From: the human T2T-CHM13v2.0 reference genome, Homo sapiens
DNA: 64,000 nt
Assembly: GCF_009914755.1 (NCBI RefSeq)
Contig: NC_060937.1
Reading direction: 5' to 3' (one strand)
The first letter of the stretch is position 1, and every line of letters begins with the position of its first letter. Positions 42,441-57,000 of the stretch are shown here, piece after piece. A program made the position numbers and the translations under genes. The notes under the pieces are model-generated. The model did not search any database, was not told the origin of the DNA, and saw only the letters and a list, made by a program, of their open reading frames with translations.

Positions 42441-45400
42441 AAGGACCCCACTAAATTACTGACAATTTATGCTGTTAATCCTTCTCCCATCATTCCCCAA
42501 GGAGACCTCTGGCCTTTTACCAGGGTAACTGCATTGGTGAAAGGGAAATGATCAGATATTTCAGGGACTACTGGACACTGGCTCTGAGCTGACAATCATT
42601 CCAGGGGCCCCAAAAATCATAGGGGTCCTCCAGTTAGGGGCTTATGGAGGTCAGGTAATTGGTGGAGTTTTAGCTCACGTTTGACTTACAGTAGGTCCAG
42701 TGGGTCCCCAGACTCATCCTGTGGTCATTTCCCCAGTGCCAGAATGCATAATTGGCATAGACGTACTTAGCAGCTGGCAGAACTTCCACATTGTCTCCCT
42801 GACTGGTAGAGTGAGGGCACTTATGGTGAGAAAGGCCAAATGGAAGCCATCAGAGCTGCCTCTACCTAGAGAAATAGTAAATCGAAAAGAATATCACACC
42901 CCTGGAGGGATTATGAAGATTAGTGCCACCATCAAAGACTTGAAAGATGCAGGGGTGGTGATTCCCACCACATCCCCATTCAACTTTCCCATTTGGCCTG
43001 TGCAGAAGACAGATAGATCTTGGAGAATGACAGTGGATTATTGTAAGCTTAACTAAGGGGTAACTCCAATTAGAGCTGCTATACCAGATTTGTTTCATTG
43101 CTTGAGGAAATTAACACATCTCCTGGTGCCTGGTATGTAATCATTAACTTGGCAAATGCTTTTTCCTCCATTCCTGTTCACAAGTCCCACCAGAAGCAAT
43201 TTGCCTTCAGCTAGCAAGGCCAGAAATATACCTTTACTGTCCTACCTCAGAGGTATATCAACTCTCTGGATTTGTGTCATAATATTATTCAGAGAGACCT
43301 CGATCACTTTTTGCTTCTGCAAGATATCATACTGGTCCATTACATTGATAACATTATGCTGTTTGGATGCAGTGAGCCAGAAGTAGCAAAGACACTAGAC
43401 TTATTGGTGAGATATTTGTGTGCCAGAGGATGGGAACTAAATCCAACTAGAATTCAAGGACCTTCTACCTTAGTTAAATTTCTAGGGGTCCAGTAATGTT
43501 GGGCCTGTTGAGATATTCCTTCTAAAGTGAAGCATAAGTTGCTGCATTTGGCCCCTCCTATAACCAAGAAAGAGGTACAATGCCTAGTGGGACTATTTGG
43601 ATTTTAGAGGGAACACATTTCTCATTTGAGTGTGTTACTCCGGCCCATTTATTGAGTGAGATGAAAGGCTGCCAAGCTTGTGTGTGGTCCAGAACAGGAA
43701 AAGGCTGTGCAACAGGTCTAGGCTGCTGTGCAAGCTGCTCTGCCACTTGGGCCATATTATCTAGAGATCCGATTATGCTTGAGGTGTCAGTGGCAGATAG
43801 GGATGCTGCTTGGAGTTTTTGTCAGGCCCCCATAGGTGAATCACAGCGGAAGCCTCTAGGATTTTGGAGAAAGGCCCTGCCATCTTCTGCAAATAACTGA
43901 TCTCCTTTTGAGAGACAGCTCTTGGCCTGTTACTGAGCTTTGGTGGAAATGGAACATTTAACTATAGGCCATCAAGCCACCATGTAACCTGAACCGCCTA
44001 TCATGAACTGGGTGCTTTCTGACCCATCTAGCCATAAACTGGGCCGTGCACAGCAGCATTCCATTATCAAATGTAAGTAGTATATACGTGATCGGGCCTG
44101 AGCAGGTCCGAAAGGCACAAGTAAGTTACATGAGGAAGTGACTCCAATGCCCATGGTCTCCACTCCTGCCACTTGCCTTCTCTCTCCCATCCTGCACCGG
44201 TGGCCTCATGGGGAGTTCCCTATGATGAATTGACAGAGGAAGAGAAGACTAGGACCTGGTTCACAGATGGTTCTGCATGATATGCAGGTGCCACCAAAAA
44301 GCGGACAGCTGCAGTATTGCAGCCCCTTTCTAGGATATCCTTGAAGGACAGTGGTGAAGGGAAATCTTCCCAGTTTACAGCACTTCAATAAGTGCACGTG
44401 GTTATGCACTTACATGGAAGGAAAAACGGCCAGATGTGCAATTATATATTAAATCATGGGCTGTAGCCAATTGTTTGGCTGGATGGTTGGGGACTTGGAA
44501 GAATCATGAGTGGAAAATTGGTGTCAAATAAATTTATGGAAGAGATATGTGGATGAACCTCTCTGAGAGGTCAAAAACTGTGAAGATATTTGTATCCCAT
44601 GTGAGTGCTAACCAACTGGTGATCTCAGCAGAGGAGGATTTTAATGATCAAGTGGATAGGATGACCCGTTCTGTGGATACCACTCAGCCCCTTTTCCCAG
44701 CCACCCAATGGGCCCAAGAACAAAGAGGTCATGGTGGCAGGTATGGGGGTTATGCATTGGCTCAGCAACATGAACTTTCAGTCACCAAGGCTGGCCTGGC
44801 TATGGCCACTGCTGAGTGCCCAACTTGCCAACAGCAGATATCAACAGTGAGCTCTCATATGGTACAATTCCTTGGGATGATCAGCCAGCTACCTGGAGGC
44901 AGGTTGATTATATTAGACCTCTTCCATCATGGAAAAGGCAGAGGTTTGTTCTCACTGGAATAGAGACTTACTCTGGATATGGGTTTGCCTATCCTTAACA
45001 CAATTCTTCTGCCCAGACTACCATCTGTAGACTTATGGAATGCCTTATCCATGGTTATGGTATTCTACAAAACATGCCTCTGAAAAAGGCACTCACTTTA
45101 TGGCTAAAGAAGTGCACCAGTGGGCTCATGCTCATGGAATTTGCTGGTCTTATGATGTTTCCCATCATCATGAAACAGCTGGATTGACAGCATGATGTAA
45201 TGGCCTTTTGAAGTCACAATTACAATGCCAACTAGTTGGCAATACTTTGCAGGGCTGGAGTAAAGTTCTCCAGAAGACCGTGTATTCTCTGAACCAGAGT
45301 CAAATATATGGTACAGTTTCTCCCATAGCCAGGATTCACAGGTCCAGGAAGCAAGGGGTGGAAGTGGAAGTGGCACCATTCACCATCACCCTTAGTGATC
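42441..45400 (+). pseudogene. HERV-L pro-pol remnant (PR, RT, RNase H, IN)
   Basis: LDTG at 42571-42582; [18 protein letters not shown]; YIDN at 43341-43352 (decayed YIDD); WFTDGSA near 44257; CPTC; QVDYI. Many stops. Confidence 0.92.
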
Positions 45401-45843
45401 CACTGGCAAAATTATTGCTTCCTGCTCCCACAACATTACATTCTGCTGGCTTAGATGTTTTACTTCCAGAGGGAGGAACGCTGCCACCAGGAGACACAAC
45501 CATGATTCTATTAAACTGGAAGTTAAGATTGCCACCTGGACACTTTGTGCTCCTCCTACCTTTAAGTCAACAGGCTAAGAAGGGAGTTACAGTGTTGGCT
45601 GGGGTGATTGACCTGGACTATCAAGGTGAAATCAGTCTACTACTCCACAAAGGAGGTGAAGAAGAGTATGCATGGAATACAGGAGTTCCATTAAGGTGTC
45701 TCTTTGTATTACCATGTCCCATTATTAAGGTCGATAGGAAACTACTAAAGCCCAATCCAGGCGGGACTACAAATGGCCCAGGCCCTTTAGGAATGAAGAT
45801 TTGGGTCACTCCACCAGGAAAAAAACCACAACCTGTGAGGTGA
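45401..45843 (+). pseudogene. HERV-L dUTPase remnant
   Basis: SAGLD...LPPGHF...GVIDLDYQGEI dUTPase motifs, located downstream of IN as typical of ERV-L. Confidence 0.88.
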
Positions 45844-46165
45844 TTGCTGAAGGCAAAGGGAATACAGAATGCTTAGTAGAATAAGGTAGTCATCAGTATT
45901 TGCTTTGACCATGTGACCAGCTGCAGAAATAAGGACTGTAATTGTCATGAGTATTTCCTGCTTCTTTTGTTAAAAAACATGTTTGTGCATGTATACACTT
46001 GTACTAAGAAAATATCTTAATTTTATTTCCTTTTTCCTTTATCATGTTTCATAGGATTTATTGACTTCATATCAGCATTTAAGTATGGTTAACTTTAAGT
46101 AATAGTAGTTTGGTTGGGGATTGATGTGTTTCCAGTTGTGGGAAGGATAGTTGTGTTATGTTACG

Positions 46166-46255
46166 CATAATTATGACCTTATTATTGTCTTTATTTGAAG
46201 GTTATATATGATCTTATAACCTTCAAATACAGACAATAATAAGGTCATAATTATG
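46166..46255. repeat. Near-perfect inverted repeat (41-bp arms, 8-nt loop)
   Basis: Arms 46166-46206 and 46215-46255 are 40/41 complementary. Confidence 0.95.
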
Positions 46256-46677
46256 GGTATGGGTTCAAGTTGACAAGGGGTGGACTTGTGATGGTTAACA
46301 TTCAGTGTCAACTTGATTGGATTGAAGAATGCAATGTATTCATTCTGGGTGTGTCTGTGAGGGTGTTGCCAAAGAAATTTAGCATTTGAGTCAGTGGGCT
46401 GGGAAAGGCAGACCCTTAATCTGGGTGGGCACCAGCTATCTAATCAGCTGCCAGCATAGCTAGAATATAAAGCAGGCAGAAAAATGTGAAATAACTAGAC
46501 TGGCCTAGCCTCCCAGTGTACATGTTTTCTCCCGTGTTGGATGCTTTCTGCCTTGAACATCAGATTCCAAGTTCTTCAGTTTTGGGCCTCAGACTGGCTC
46601 TCCTTGCTCCTAAGCTTGCAGATGGCCTATTATGTGACCTTGTAATCATGTGAGTTAATACTTAACAAACTCCCCTT

Positions 46678-46717
<40 letters not shown>

Positions 46718-46766
46718 TATTTGTATTCCGTTAGTTCGGTTCCTCTACAGAACCCTGACAAATATA

Positions 46767-47206
46767 GAGGTCATTCAGGTTGTTAGTACAACTCGCTTTC
46801 TTGCAGTAGTAGGAATGAGGGAGCTATTTCCTTGATGACTATTCTCCAAGGTTTAGTCTCAACTCCTAGAGGGCACTCCCCTATCCTTGCACTTGGTTGT
46901 CTCCATCTTGAAAGCCAGTAGTGGTACATGGAGCCTTTCCCTTGCTTTGCATTTCTCTGATATACCCTAGGTGACCAGCTGGGAAAACTCTCCTAAAAAG
47001 GCTCACATGATTATATTAGGCCCAAATGCATAATTTCTCATTTAATTAACTCAAAATCAACTAACTTGTAACCTTAACAGCAGGTGCAAAATTCCTGTTG
47101 CCAAATAACCTAATATAATCATAGGTGTGGTAGTTCATCTATTTCACAGTCCTAGAGATAAAAGTAGGAAACTGTGGAGGGTAATTTTAAAATTTTGCAC
47201 AACACA
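46767..47206 (-). mobile_element. MLT1E-like LTR, 5' half
   Basis: The minus strand begins TGTGTTGTGCAAAATTTTAAAATTACCC and ends AACAACCTGAATGACCTC. Confidence 0.8.
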
Positions 47207-47604
47207 TTAATATCTGGATACTTGTCCACTCTATTAATATAGCTTTGCTTATTTAAGCATTATATTATAATGGGGAATTTATTCTATATCCCAAATTTCA
47301 TTATTATTAATAAATGAGATTTAAAACTTTGTAAATATCTTAGAACTCCACTATTACTATTACTTGAAATAAATTGCTGAAAGGAAATTACTTCATCAAA
47401 AGGTACAAGCATTAAAAGACCACGATATGTATTACCAAATCACTCCTTCTTTACTACAGTGAAAAAAACCCCAACACTTTACTTTTTCCTGCTTAACTCT
47501 ATGTTCCACCCATTAGAATGCTTACCATTTATATAGGTGAAATGTAGTAAAATATTGTTAACTTTGATTAGTAGTGAAAGTAAATATATAGGAAGTGTTA
47601 CATA

Positions 47605-47815
47605 CACTAGTGAGAGGGAGGACTGATCGGAACGGAATACCAGCTCCTCCACAAATTAGTTGTGTACGCTTTTCCAAGTTCCTTTACTTCTCTGTACCTT
47701 CCTCAACTGTGCAAAGTAGATAATAATATTAACTACTTTATAGGGTAATTGAGGTAAGTAAATGTATTAAAGTTAATAAATACCTAGAACTGGGTCCAGT
47801 TAATATTTCATTACT
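47605..47815 (+). mobile_element. MIR
   Basis: CCAGCTCCTCCAC...CTTCTCTGTACCT...GATAATAATA...ATAGGGT. Confidence 0.65.
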
Positions 47816-47847
47816 TAGCCACGTGTTCTCTTAGAAATTTTCATCAA

Positions 47848-48160
<313 letters not shown>

Positions 48161-49049
48161 ATAATTTTTGTTAGTTTTTTTTTTTACATTTTTTAGATTG
48201 AGTGAATGGTTGATTTTTTTAATCCATTTTTATTTCTAAAATATTTATATGAATATAATCTCACTATTACCTATTTTTAAAATGTCAAATGTATTATTTT
48301 AAACTAAATACATAAATAAATATTTATTAATTTTTTACAGATGTTTTATTAAAGAATAATAACAATGAAAAGAAATAGTATGTATTTTAATTAGTTGATT
48401 CATTTGGGCTTGTTAATTATATAATTATATCAATTCCATAAAAGTGAATATGTTTGTGCCTTTCCAAACATTATTTGTAAGGGAAATTTACTTTTCTGCA
48501 GTATCTACCCTGCTATTTACTGCTTTTGTTGCTTAAAAATATTCTTGTTGTCTTCATGACTTCTTTTCTGGACTTAAAATCTATTCATGATTACTATATT
48601 CTACATTGCAAATTTAGTATCAATTTAAATCTTACTGGAGAGACATTTTAGATATTTTGAAATCCGTGTGGTATTTTTTCTAAAAACCTATTTTATAGAA
48701 TGACATTTTAGAGTAACTAAGTTTGGTTTATTTCTTTGTAGTACAATTTCTGTTAATGTCTGGTATTTTCTCTTAGTTTATCTTTGGACATTGATTCTGG
48801 ATGCATTTCAAAGGGGATACTTTGATTTCCGGTGAATTTATGTGAATAGTTTGTACATCCAGCAGCCCAGAGAGGATGAGGCTGGAAGCAATCCAAGCAC
48901 TGAGCACCACCTCAGAGAAGAAAAATCAGTGTGTTTGAGATGTAGGCGGGAAGTTTTTCAATTAGTGGCCCCAGTGATGGCTTTCTCAGAAAAACTGAAC
49001 CAAGTGTTAATTGAGATGAAATCTTCTAGGACAGGCTCTCCATATAGTA

Positions 49050-49235
49050 TGGGGTTTGTGGAGTATAAAATACAGAGCTTCCAGTTAAACTTGAGTTCAG
49101 ATAAGTAGGAAATGTTTTTAGTAAAGTATGTCCCAAATATTGTGTGGAATGTACATATACTGAAAACATTAATAGTTTTTTATCTAAAATTAATTGGGCA
49201 TCTTGTATTATTATCTGCTAAATCTGGCACTCCTA
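49050..49235. mobile_element. MER53 (hAT MITE, palindromic)
   Basis: TAAAATACAG...CCAGTTAAA...AAGTATGTCCCA...AATTGGGCATCTTGTATT...TCTGGCACTCCTA. Confidence 0.75.
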
Positions 49236-49639
49236 AATACTGTGAGATGAAAGGGCACTAACTGTGGCACCATCAGCTAGCCCATTTTAAGTCTGATGTT
49301 TATTTTTTCCCTTGTGCTAAGATAAGAGGTGTTATTGAGATTCTGTTCAAAGACATTGTCCTCTCATTACTTGCCTTGCTGCTGCTTTATAGACAGAAAT
49401 ATTGTCAAATCTTCCTTAGACATTGGCTTATACACACTTTTCTATCAGAAAATAATTATTTTATCATTGTTCCCAGTTTGTGAACATCATTCCTGCCTAC
49501 ATTGTAGTGGCAATGCAAGATACTTCTAATTTTATTAATTATTGGTAATTTCAATGGTTGTTTGTTGGTAAATTGGGGAAAACCAGTCTCTCATCCTTTA
49601 ATACTATTTTATAAAAATTTTATAAAAATTGTATGCTGC

Positions 49640-50812
49640 CTTGTCAAGGAGAAGCCACATATACAAGGGTAGTCCCTGAGATTATAATGAAGCTGGAAAC
49701 TTCCTATTGCTAAGTGACATCATAGCCATTGCAACATCATAGCACTGCACATTAGTCAAGTTTTTGCAGTAATGCTTGTGTGAACAAACCTACTGTGCTG
49801 CCATTCGTGTAAAAATCTAGTATATAAAACTATGTACACTGAATAATATTTAATAATGATAATAAAAAACTATGTAACTGGTTTATGTATGCACCATACT
49901 ATATTTTTTATTGTTAGAGTGTTCTTTTTCTAATTATTAAAAAAAAAACTATAAAACAGCCTCAGGCAGGTCCTTCAGGAGGTATCCAGAGGAAAGCATT
50001 GTTATAGGAGAGGACAGCTGCATGTGTGTTATTGCCTCTGAAGACATTCTAATGAGAAAAGATTTGGAGGTGAAATACAGTAATGCTGACGATCTTGATC
50101 CTGTGTAGGCCTAGGTTAATGTTTGTGCTTGTGTCTTAGTTTTTAATAAAAAAATTCAAAAAGGAAAAACAAAGCAGAACACTTTAAAAATAGAAAAAAT
50201 CTTATAAAATAAGGATATAAAGAAAAATATTTTTTACAGCTGTACAATATGTTTGTGTTTTAAGCTAAGTATTTTTTCAAGAGTCAAAAAGTTAAAAACT
50301 TTTAAAAATATCTAAAGTGAAAAAATTATGGTAAGTTCAGATTAATTTATTACCAAAAAATTTTTTTTTCACATATTTAGTGGTAGCCTAATTGCACAGT
50401 GTTTATAATGCCTACAGCAGTGTATGTCCTGGGCCTTCACATTCACTCAACACTCATTGACTCACCCTGAGTCAATTCCAGTCCTGCAAACTTCATTCAT
50501 GGTAAATGCCCTATTCATGGATACTATTTTTTAGTTTTTATACCATAGTTTTACTGTATCTTTTCTGTTTAGATGTGTTTAGATACACAAGTACTTACCA
50601 TTGTGTTATAATTACCTACGATGTTTAGTACAGTACTATGTTGTACAGTTGGGAGCCTAGGAGCAATAGTCTATACCATATAGCTGAGGTGTGTAGTCAG
50701 CTGCACCATCTAGGTTTGTGTAAGGACACTCTACGATGTTCACACAGTGACAAAATTGCTTGATGATGCATTTCTCAAATCATATCGCATTAAATTAAGC
50801 AACACATGACCA
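49640..50812 (+). mobile_element. Tigger3b
   Basis: AGATTATAATGAAGCTG...CAAACCTACTG...CAGGTCCTTCAGGAGGTAT...ATGCATTTCTC...ACACATGAC. Confidence 0.88.
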
Positions 50813-52947
50813 TATGTCTTTAAGGTTTCTCAAACTTGTCAATAATTCACCTTGACCACTTGCCAACTCCTGATAACCAGCAAATCAATTACTATTTCTA
50901 ATTGATTCTGAGATGTAATATTAAAATGTGCAATACAGAAAATTCTCCTGAATCATAGAATACATTTTCTTTAAAAATACATGATACCAAAGTACATTAC
51001 ATACTTTATCATGTGATAGGAATTCAGTTAAAAATCAAAAAGGACACATTAAAAATACATGTTTTCCCCAAAGCAGAAGTGGTTCATCCCAGAGGATTCA
51101 CAGTTGATGAAAAGTCTATAACAGCAAATGTAAACTAGTGTGCACCGTCTTTCTGTGGCACCAGGAGCGAGGAAGGTACAGAGCAGTTTGAGAGCAGCAG
51201 TAGGCAGGCAGTGTGCAGCAACACCGTAGCATTACAGCCCAGCTACCAAATGAAATTGAGGAACTCTTTCCCATGAAACTGGGGGCAAGAGGGTATGCTT
51301 TGCTTGGTGTGGCTGTTTCATTTCTGTATATATTTACTCATTTGTTTACATTTGTTCTATGCTGCAGCTAGAAGTTTGTGCCAGTAAATGAGAGGTGGGA
51401 CTAGATGCTCTCTAAGGTTGCTGCTACTTCTAAACTTTTCCCTTGGGGAATTTGTTATCCCAGCGTGGGTATCTGGAGTTAGTTAATAATGTCTTTGAAA
51501 TGGAAAATAAAAGTCACAACCCTGCTTCAATCCAGAAAAACAATCTTCTGTTCTGTGAGCAAATTATACAGGCTGTATAGAGACTTAGGAAACTGAGGAA
51601 ATACGTCATTTTTCAGAGAACTTAAAAGAGTCCCTTCCCATTGTTTATTCCTAGAAGCATAGAAATGGCTGACACCTTCCAGAGCTGTCAACTTCTGATC
51701 TTCAAATAGACTTATAAGGAACTTTAAAAAAATTCCTTTATATCATTATGAAGTTAATTTTTATATATTTTAATACTTTCTTAAAGGAACCTAAGATCTT
51801 GGTTATATAGAAATATAATTTACTTATTCTATTTTAATTTTCATTTGTTAAAGACAGGGTAGTGCAGTGTTTCCAAATTGTTGCCAGAAATGTAAGGTGT
51901 TAGATAGGGAACCCTGAGCAACACAGAACTTGGTTAAAAACCCACTCTACATCCCTCCTGTTTAGACTCTGGCATACATGCATGTGTGTGCATGCGTGCA
52001 CACACACGTGCGCACACACATTATCCACCTACACTCAACAAAACAAACAAAAACTTCATGACCCCTTGTTACTCAGTTGAAAAAGTAGGGGTGTATGGTA
52101 TATTAATTGCATGCATCTGTAAGTTATTAAAGTACATATATTGTACTATGGTATCTGATCTGTGTCATTTCCTCTTCTATTTCTTTTTATAATTTCTCTC
52201 TTGCTTTCACACTCTTTTTCGTGTACATTAACATGTAGAGATTTGCTAAGTAAAAGTATTTCTAATCTAAATTAACATATCTATACTCGAAAAATAACAA
52301 TCCCTTCCCCCAAAATAGGCATGAATTTCACTTATTACTAATGGCTCCATGAAAGGGAATTGAAAGTAAATCTGTTTTTGAGATGTTTGTTAAAACCATA
52401 TTTATTTCTGTAAATATTTTACTTTGATTTACTTTGATTCCAAGCAGTGTTAAAGAACCAGTTTTGCACAAATTGCCAACATATATACACCATTTCAAAA
52501 ACTTTCTAAACTATTTTTATTTGGACATGAGAGGGAAATATAAATTTTGAGATAAACTGTTATACATGGTTGAGGACACACAGTTGGCTAAATATAAAAA
52601 TACTTCCCAAGTAAAACTATAAATTTTACAATCAAATACAATCAAATTTACCACTGACTTTATTTGCAAAATATTTGAAAAATAATATCTTGTTTCAAGT
52701 CCTCTCCCAATGAGATTGATCAATGCCTACTTCAATATAACTGTGATTTTTTTTTCTCTCTGTTTAGCAGTAATTCATTAAAGATAAATTTTATGGGAGC
52801 ATCTTCTCACAGCCAGACACCATGCTGAGCGCTGAGAATTAGATGATGACAAAGGCCTGACTTTGGTGGGTCACATATCTGCTCTAAAGAACAGAAAATA
52901 AATGTAAAAATTAAAGTAGAAAAAACTACAAGTGCAATGTTAAGGGT

Positions 52948-52995
52948 ATATCATATATCTTATCGTATCGTATCATATCATATCATATCATACCA
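52948..52995. repeat. (ATATC)n pentanucleotide repeat
   Basis: Tandem TATCA/TATCG units. Confidence 0.8.
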
Positions 52996-54559
52996 TTTCC
53001 AGTTTTCTTCTGCTGTGAGTCAGTTTACAGTTCCTTGAGTGGGACACACAAATTCTGTGGACAGAGATTAGAGCATAGAAACATGAATATTACAATTTAA
53101 AATTGAATCTAAAATCATTGTTAATATTAAGAATCAAGAACATTAATATTAAAGCTTACATACCCTTTCCTGCCATATAAAATTAGCAGTAGGCAAGTGG
53201 AAGACAATAGAAGCAGCTATTCAGGTAATATAACATCAGTTTCTTTATTCCATAAAGAAACTAAGTGAGACAGTACATGATACAGAACACTTCTACTTTT
53301 TTAGCAATTCAAGTTACTCTATGCCTTCATAACTATTTAATACAATTCAACAAAAAAAAGCCACTGGGCAAGGGATCATGACCAAGTTTGTTTTTCTCAG
53401 AGGGTCATAGTTAGCAGTGAAAACTGGAGAATTCTATTTTTTATAAATTTTGAGTAATTTTTAGAAGAAAGCCAAGAGTATATAGAATTTCAAACAATAT
53501 TTTTTAATAAAAATATAACTTGGTCTCATTTATTAAAAATGATTTTGCTACATTAAATTTCTGTCTCCATTATGAATAATTTGTTTTAATTATTGCACAT
53601 AAAAATTAATATTCTGAGTGGACTTTGTAATCATACTACTCTTTAATTTCTTTTCATCATTGAAGAGGTTTTAGGAAAATGTGTATAAGTATAGTATAAT
53701 TTTTAAAGTTTTTCAAGTAGCTAAAATTCTCAACATTCAAAAATAGTAATACATGTAAGTATGATAAAGATTTGCAATAAAAGATTGATCAACTGTGAAA
53801 ACCCATTAACACTGTTTTTGGTTAGGTGTTAAAATAATTACATAGTGGTCACAAAGACTTAACACACAGAGAAACTAACAGTTGTCACTAAGTCAATAAA
53901 GTTATTCTTAATGCCTCAATTCAACATGTCTAATATATTTTTAATAAAATATTCATGCATTTATAAATGGTTTGAAACTAAAAACCTTTCAAAATTGCAT
54001 TGCTTCTATGGATAGTATACACATTGAATTTTAAAAACAACATGGTACAGATGGCATGCCACTTAAGCTTAAAGAGGACATTAGAGACTTTTCTTTGTTT
54101 AACAAAATTTAGAGCAATTTTATCATTGTAATTGGAATTTCTTTTTAGATTCTCATTCAAAAGTCCTTGCTTACTCCTTTTTGTCCCTGAAAATATTATG
54201 GTATTCTCAATGACTATCTCAAAATAAATATCACTGTATATGTCACCTAAAAGTGCCATCTATGTTGAAACAAATTTAAAATAATTTGGGTCTTGATTGT
54301 GTAATTACAAGATTCTGAATAGGTTTAACAGATAAACTTGTTTTGCCATCAAATGTGCACTGTCCGCCCCCTAGAAAATCCAAATTTCCTGTAATCATTC
54401 ATGAGCTCTTGTGAATTTTCACAGAACCATATATAGTAGTTAAAGGTACAAGTAAGAAGAAAAGGGAAAACTATGATAGCATCTTACTAACTGGGCTTTG
54501 AAACTTTAATCATTAGGTAAGAATCAATTCCAATCATCAGCAATATTAGCCAAAAAAAG

Positions 54560-54745
54560 CTCTGAGGTTAAAAAATCTGAATTTGAGTACCAAATCTACT
54601 AATTTTGTGACTAAAAGAAGGGCTCAATTATGTTATTTGTAAAATCTAGATTAAAATCTAGTTCACGGACTTCTTTTTAAGATAAATTAAGATAATATAT
54701 TTAAAGTAATTTCTACAATGTGATAAACTGTACAATCGCTCATTG
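54560..54745 (+). mobile_element. MIR (degenerate)
   Basis: GCTCTGAGGTTAAA...CTGAATTTGA...TTTGTAAAAT...ATTAAGATAATATATTTAAAG. Confidence 0.55.
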
Positions 54746-54801
54746 TTTCTATAAGGGCAGGTCGAGGGTAAGAATTCCCTCTGGTAATAAGATTATTTTA
54801 C

Positions 54802-55093
54802 AGCCAGGCGCAGTGGCTCATGCCTGTAATCCCAGCACTTTGGGAGGCAGAGGCGGGCAGATCACCTGAGGTCAGGAGTTCGAGACCAGCTTGACCAACA
54901 TGGAGAAACCCCATCTCTACTAAAAATACAAAAAATTAGCTGGGCATGTTGGCACATGCCTGTAATCCCAGCTACTCAGGAGGCTGAGGCAGGAGAATCG
55001 CTTGAACTGGGAGGCAGAGGTTGTGGTGAGCTGAGATGGGACCATTGCACTCTAGCCTGGGCAACAAGAGCAAAAATCTGTCTCAAGAAAAAA
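54802..55093 (+). mobile_element. AluSp
   Basis: GACCAACATGGAGAAACCCC diagnostic. TSD AAGATTATTTTAC/AAGATTATTTTAT. Confidence 0.93.
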
Positions 55094-55999
55094 AAGATTA
55101 TTTTATATAAATGCTTCTCTTTTTATTCTTAATATAAAGTCTAAATGTTATGTCTATCATAACTTGTATTATATTACATTCTGTTTTAAAACAAACTCTA
55201 TGTCTATCTTGTAATACATAAAAAAGTTTTACAAAGATAAACAAATGAAAGAATGTTTTTGAAAAAAACCTGAAGACAATATAGGATTAATGAAAGTCCT
55301 GGTGATTACTGAAGATAAACAAATGCAAAATGAATAGAATCCCCCAAAAAGTGAAAAAGGAAATCATATAAAAATAGCATTCAAGAAATGTGCTGACATT
55401 GTTTTTAAAGTATTATATGTAACTTTGTGGTGAAATTTTTATATTTATTTTTCACAGCGTTAAACTGGTTTCCCAAAACTGGTAGGTGTTTAACATTTTT
55501 GTCTCATCAACCTCATTTAATCAATTAAACATAAAGTCGCAAAGAAAACTTTACCCATGACCTCACTTCATACTTTCTGGAAATCATTTCTTCATTTTTT
55601 GTTAATACTTATGAAATATTTAATATAATTACTTGATTTCAACAAATACATATCTTGTACATTTACCTTCAGGTGATCTGAATACTTTTACAAAACTCGA
55701 AAACTGATTAAAACAAAATATTTCCCAATTACGCATATGCACCAGAACACTGAACCAAGCTGGAAAAAAAAAAACAAAACCTCAACCATTTCTTATGGTT
55801 CTGTTTTTAAATTCCTGTTCAATAGACTGAAGTTACCCAAAAGACCATCAAAATCATAAAATATTGTCCTGAAAAACTGAAGCAATAACCAAAAATAATT
55901 CCACCTGTTCAAACCACTGCATTCACCAACTTGTTTCTCTCTGTAGCTCCATACTCTGCCTTCCCTTAATGTAAACTGGTGAGCTGTACACATGCTTAT

Positions 56000-57000
56000 G
56001 TGAGATCAAAACCACCCCTTGTGCACTAGATTTCATCTTTTGTCTCCTACCCAAGGGTATCACTCTTCCAATTATCCACTTTCTCTTCTTTATCAACAAG
56101 ATTCATCTCTGTAGTTGATCATTACCTGCAGCAGAAATATGTATTGCATCATTAAAAGCCATCTCTTGACCCTGGGGAACCTTGCAGACATTGTCCCATT
56201 GCCCTGCTCCTCTTTATAGCAAAACTCCTTAACATATTTATCTATAGTTACTGTTTCCAATTCTCTTTCTCCTGTTTTTTCTTGAATGTATTTTTTACAG
56301 GATTTCTACCCCACCTCTATCTACATTAAAATAGCTCACTTCAAGGCTTCCTTTTGTTGATCCAGTGGTCAAAATTTAATTCTTCTCTTACCTAAACATT
56401 GAACAGTATTTTTTATTCAGTGATGGTTATAAAATTTAAGGACTTAAGATGATAAAATTTGACAAAGAAGATTAAAAAATGAGCATCCTGAAATCTAGGA
56501 GGAAAATCAGTAGTATGTGTTATTCTTGAAGCAAAAGGGCATTTCCAGATGGGAAAGAATAATGCTGCTGACCATTCACTAAGAGTACTGGCATGTGACC
56601 ATTAAGTTTAGTAATGTTGAGACCACCAACAGCTCAAGGGATGGTGAGAAGAAAAACTGAAGAAAATAAATAGAAAAAAATACTTTTGAAGATGAGTGAA
56701 AAATAGGGAAATGGAGCAGAAGTTGAAGAGGGTAGAGATGTCAAGAGACATTTTTGTTTGTTTATTTGCTCTTTAAAATTGTAGATACAGCAGTTTACTT
56801 TCATGCTCACGGATAGAAAAGGTAAAATTGATGGTATAAAAGAGATTTCAGAAAACTATTTGTATAATATCTTAAAGTGACATAGGTGATAACAAATGGA
56901 ATCTAGGACACATACAGAGGATTGTACTTATCTAGAAGCACAGAGTTATGCGTGTTCATAAAAAGGAAGTGAAAGTGCATGGGAACTGATGTTATTATGA
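56000..57000. mobile_element. L2 fragments (+ strand ~56000-56420, - strand ~56460-57000)
   Basis: CTCCTCTTTATAGCAAAACTCCTT, TCCAGTGGTCAA and AGGGAAATGGAGCAG motifs. Confidence 0.55.

Noticed and set aside
45208-45843. 211-aa ORF as a functional dUTPase gene
   Set aside because: It starts at a non-ATG codon in the integrase C-terminus. The upstream pol has many stops and RT YIDD has decayed to YIDN. Treated as a remnant.
49050-49235. Palindrome as a miR-1302-like hairpin
   Set aside because: The symmetry is intrinsic to MER53, and this copy's arms are heavily decayed.
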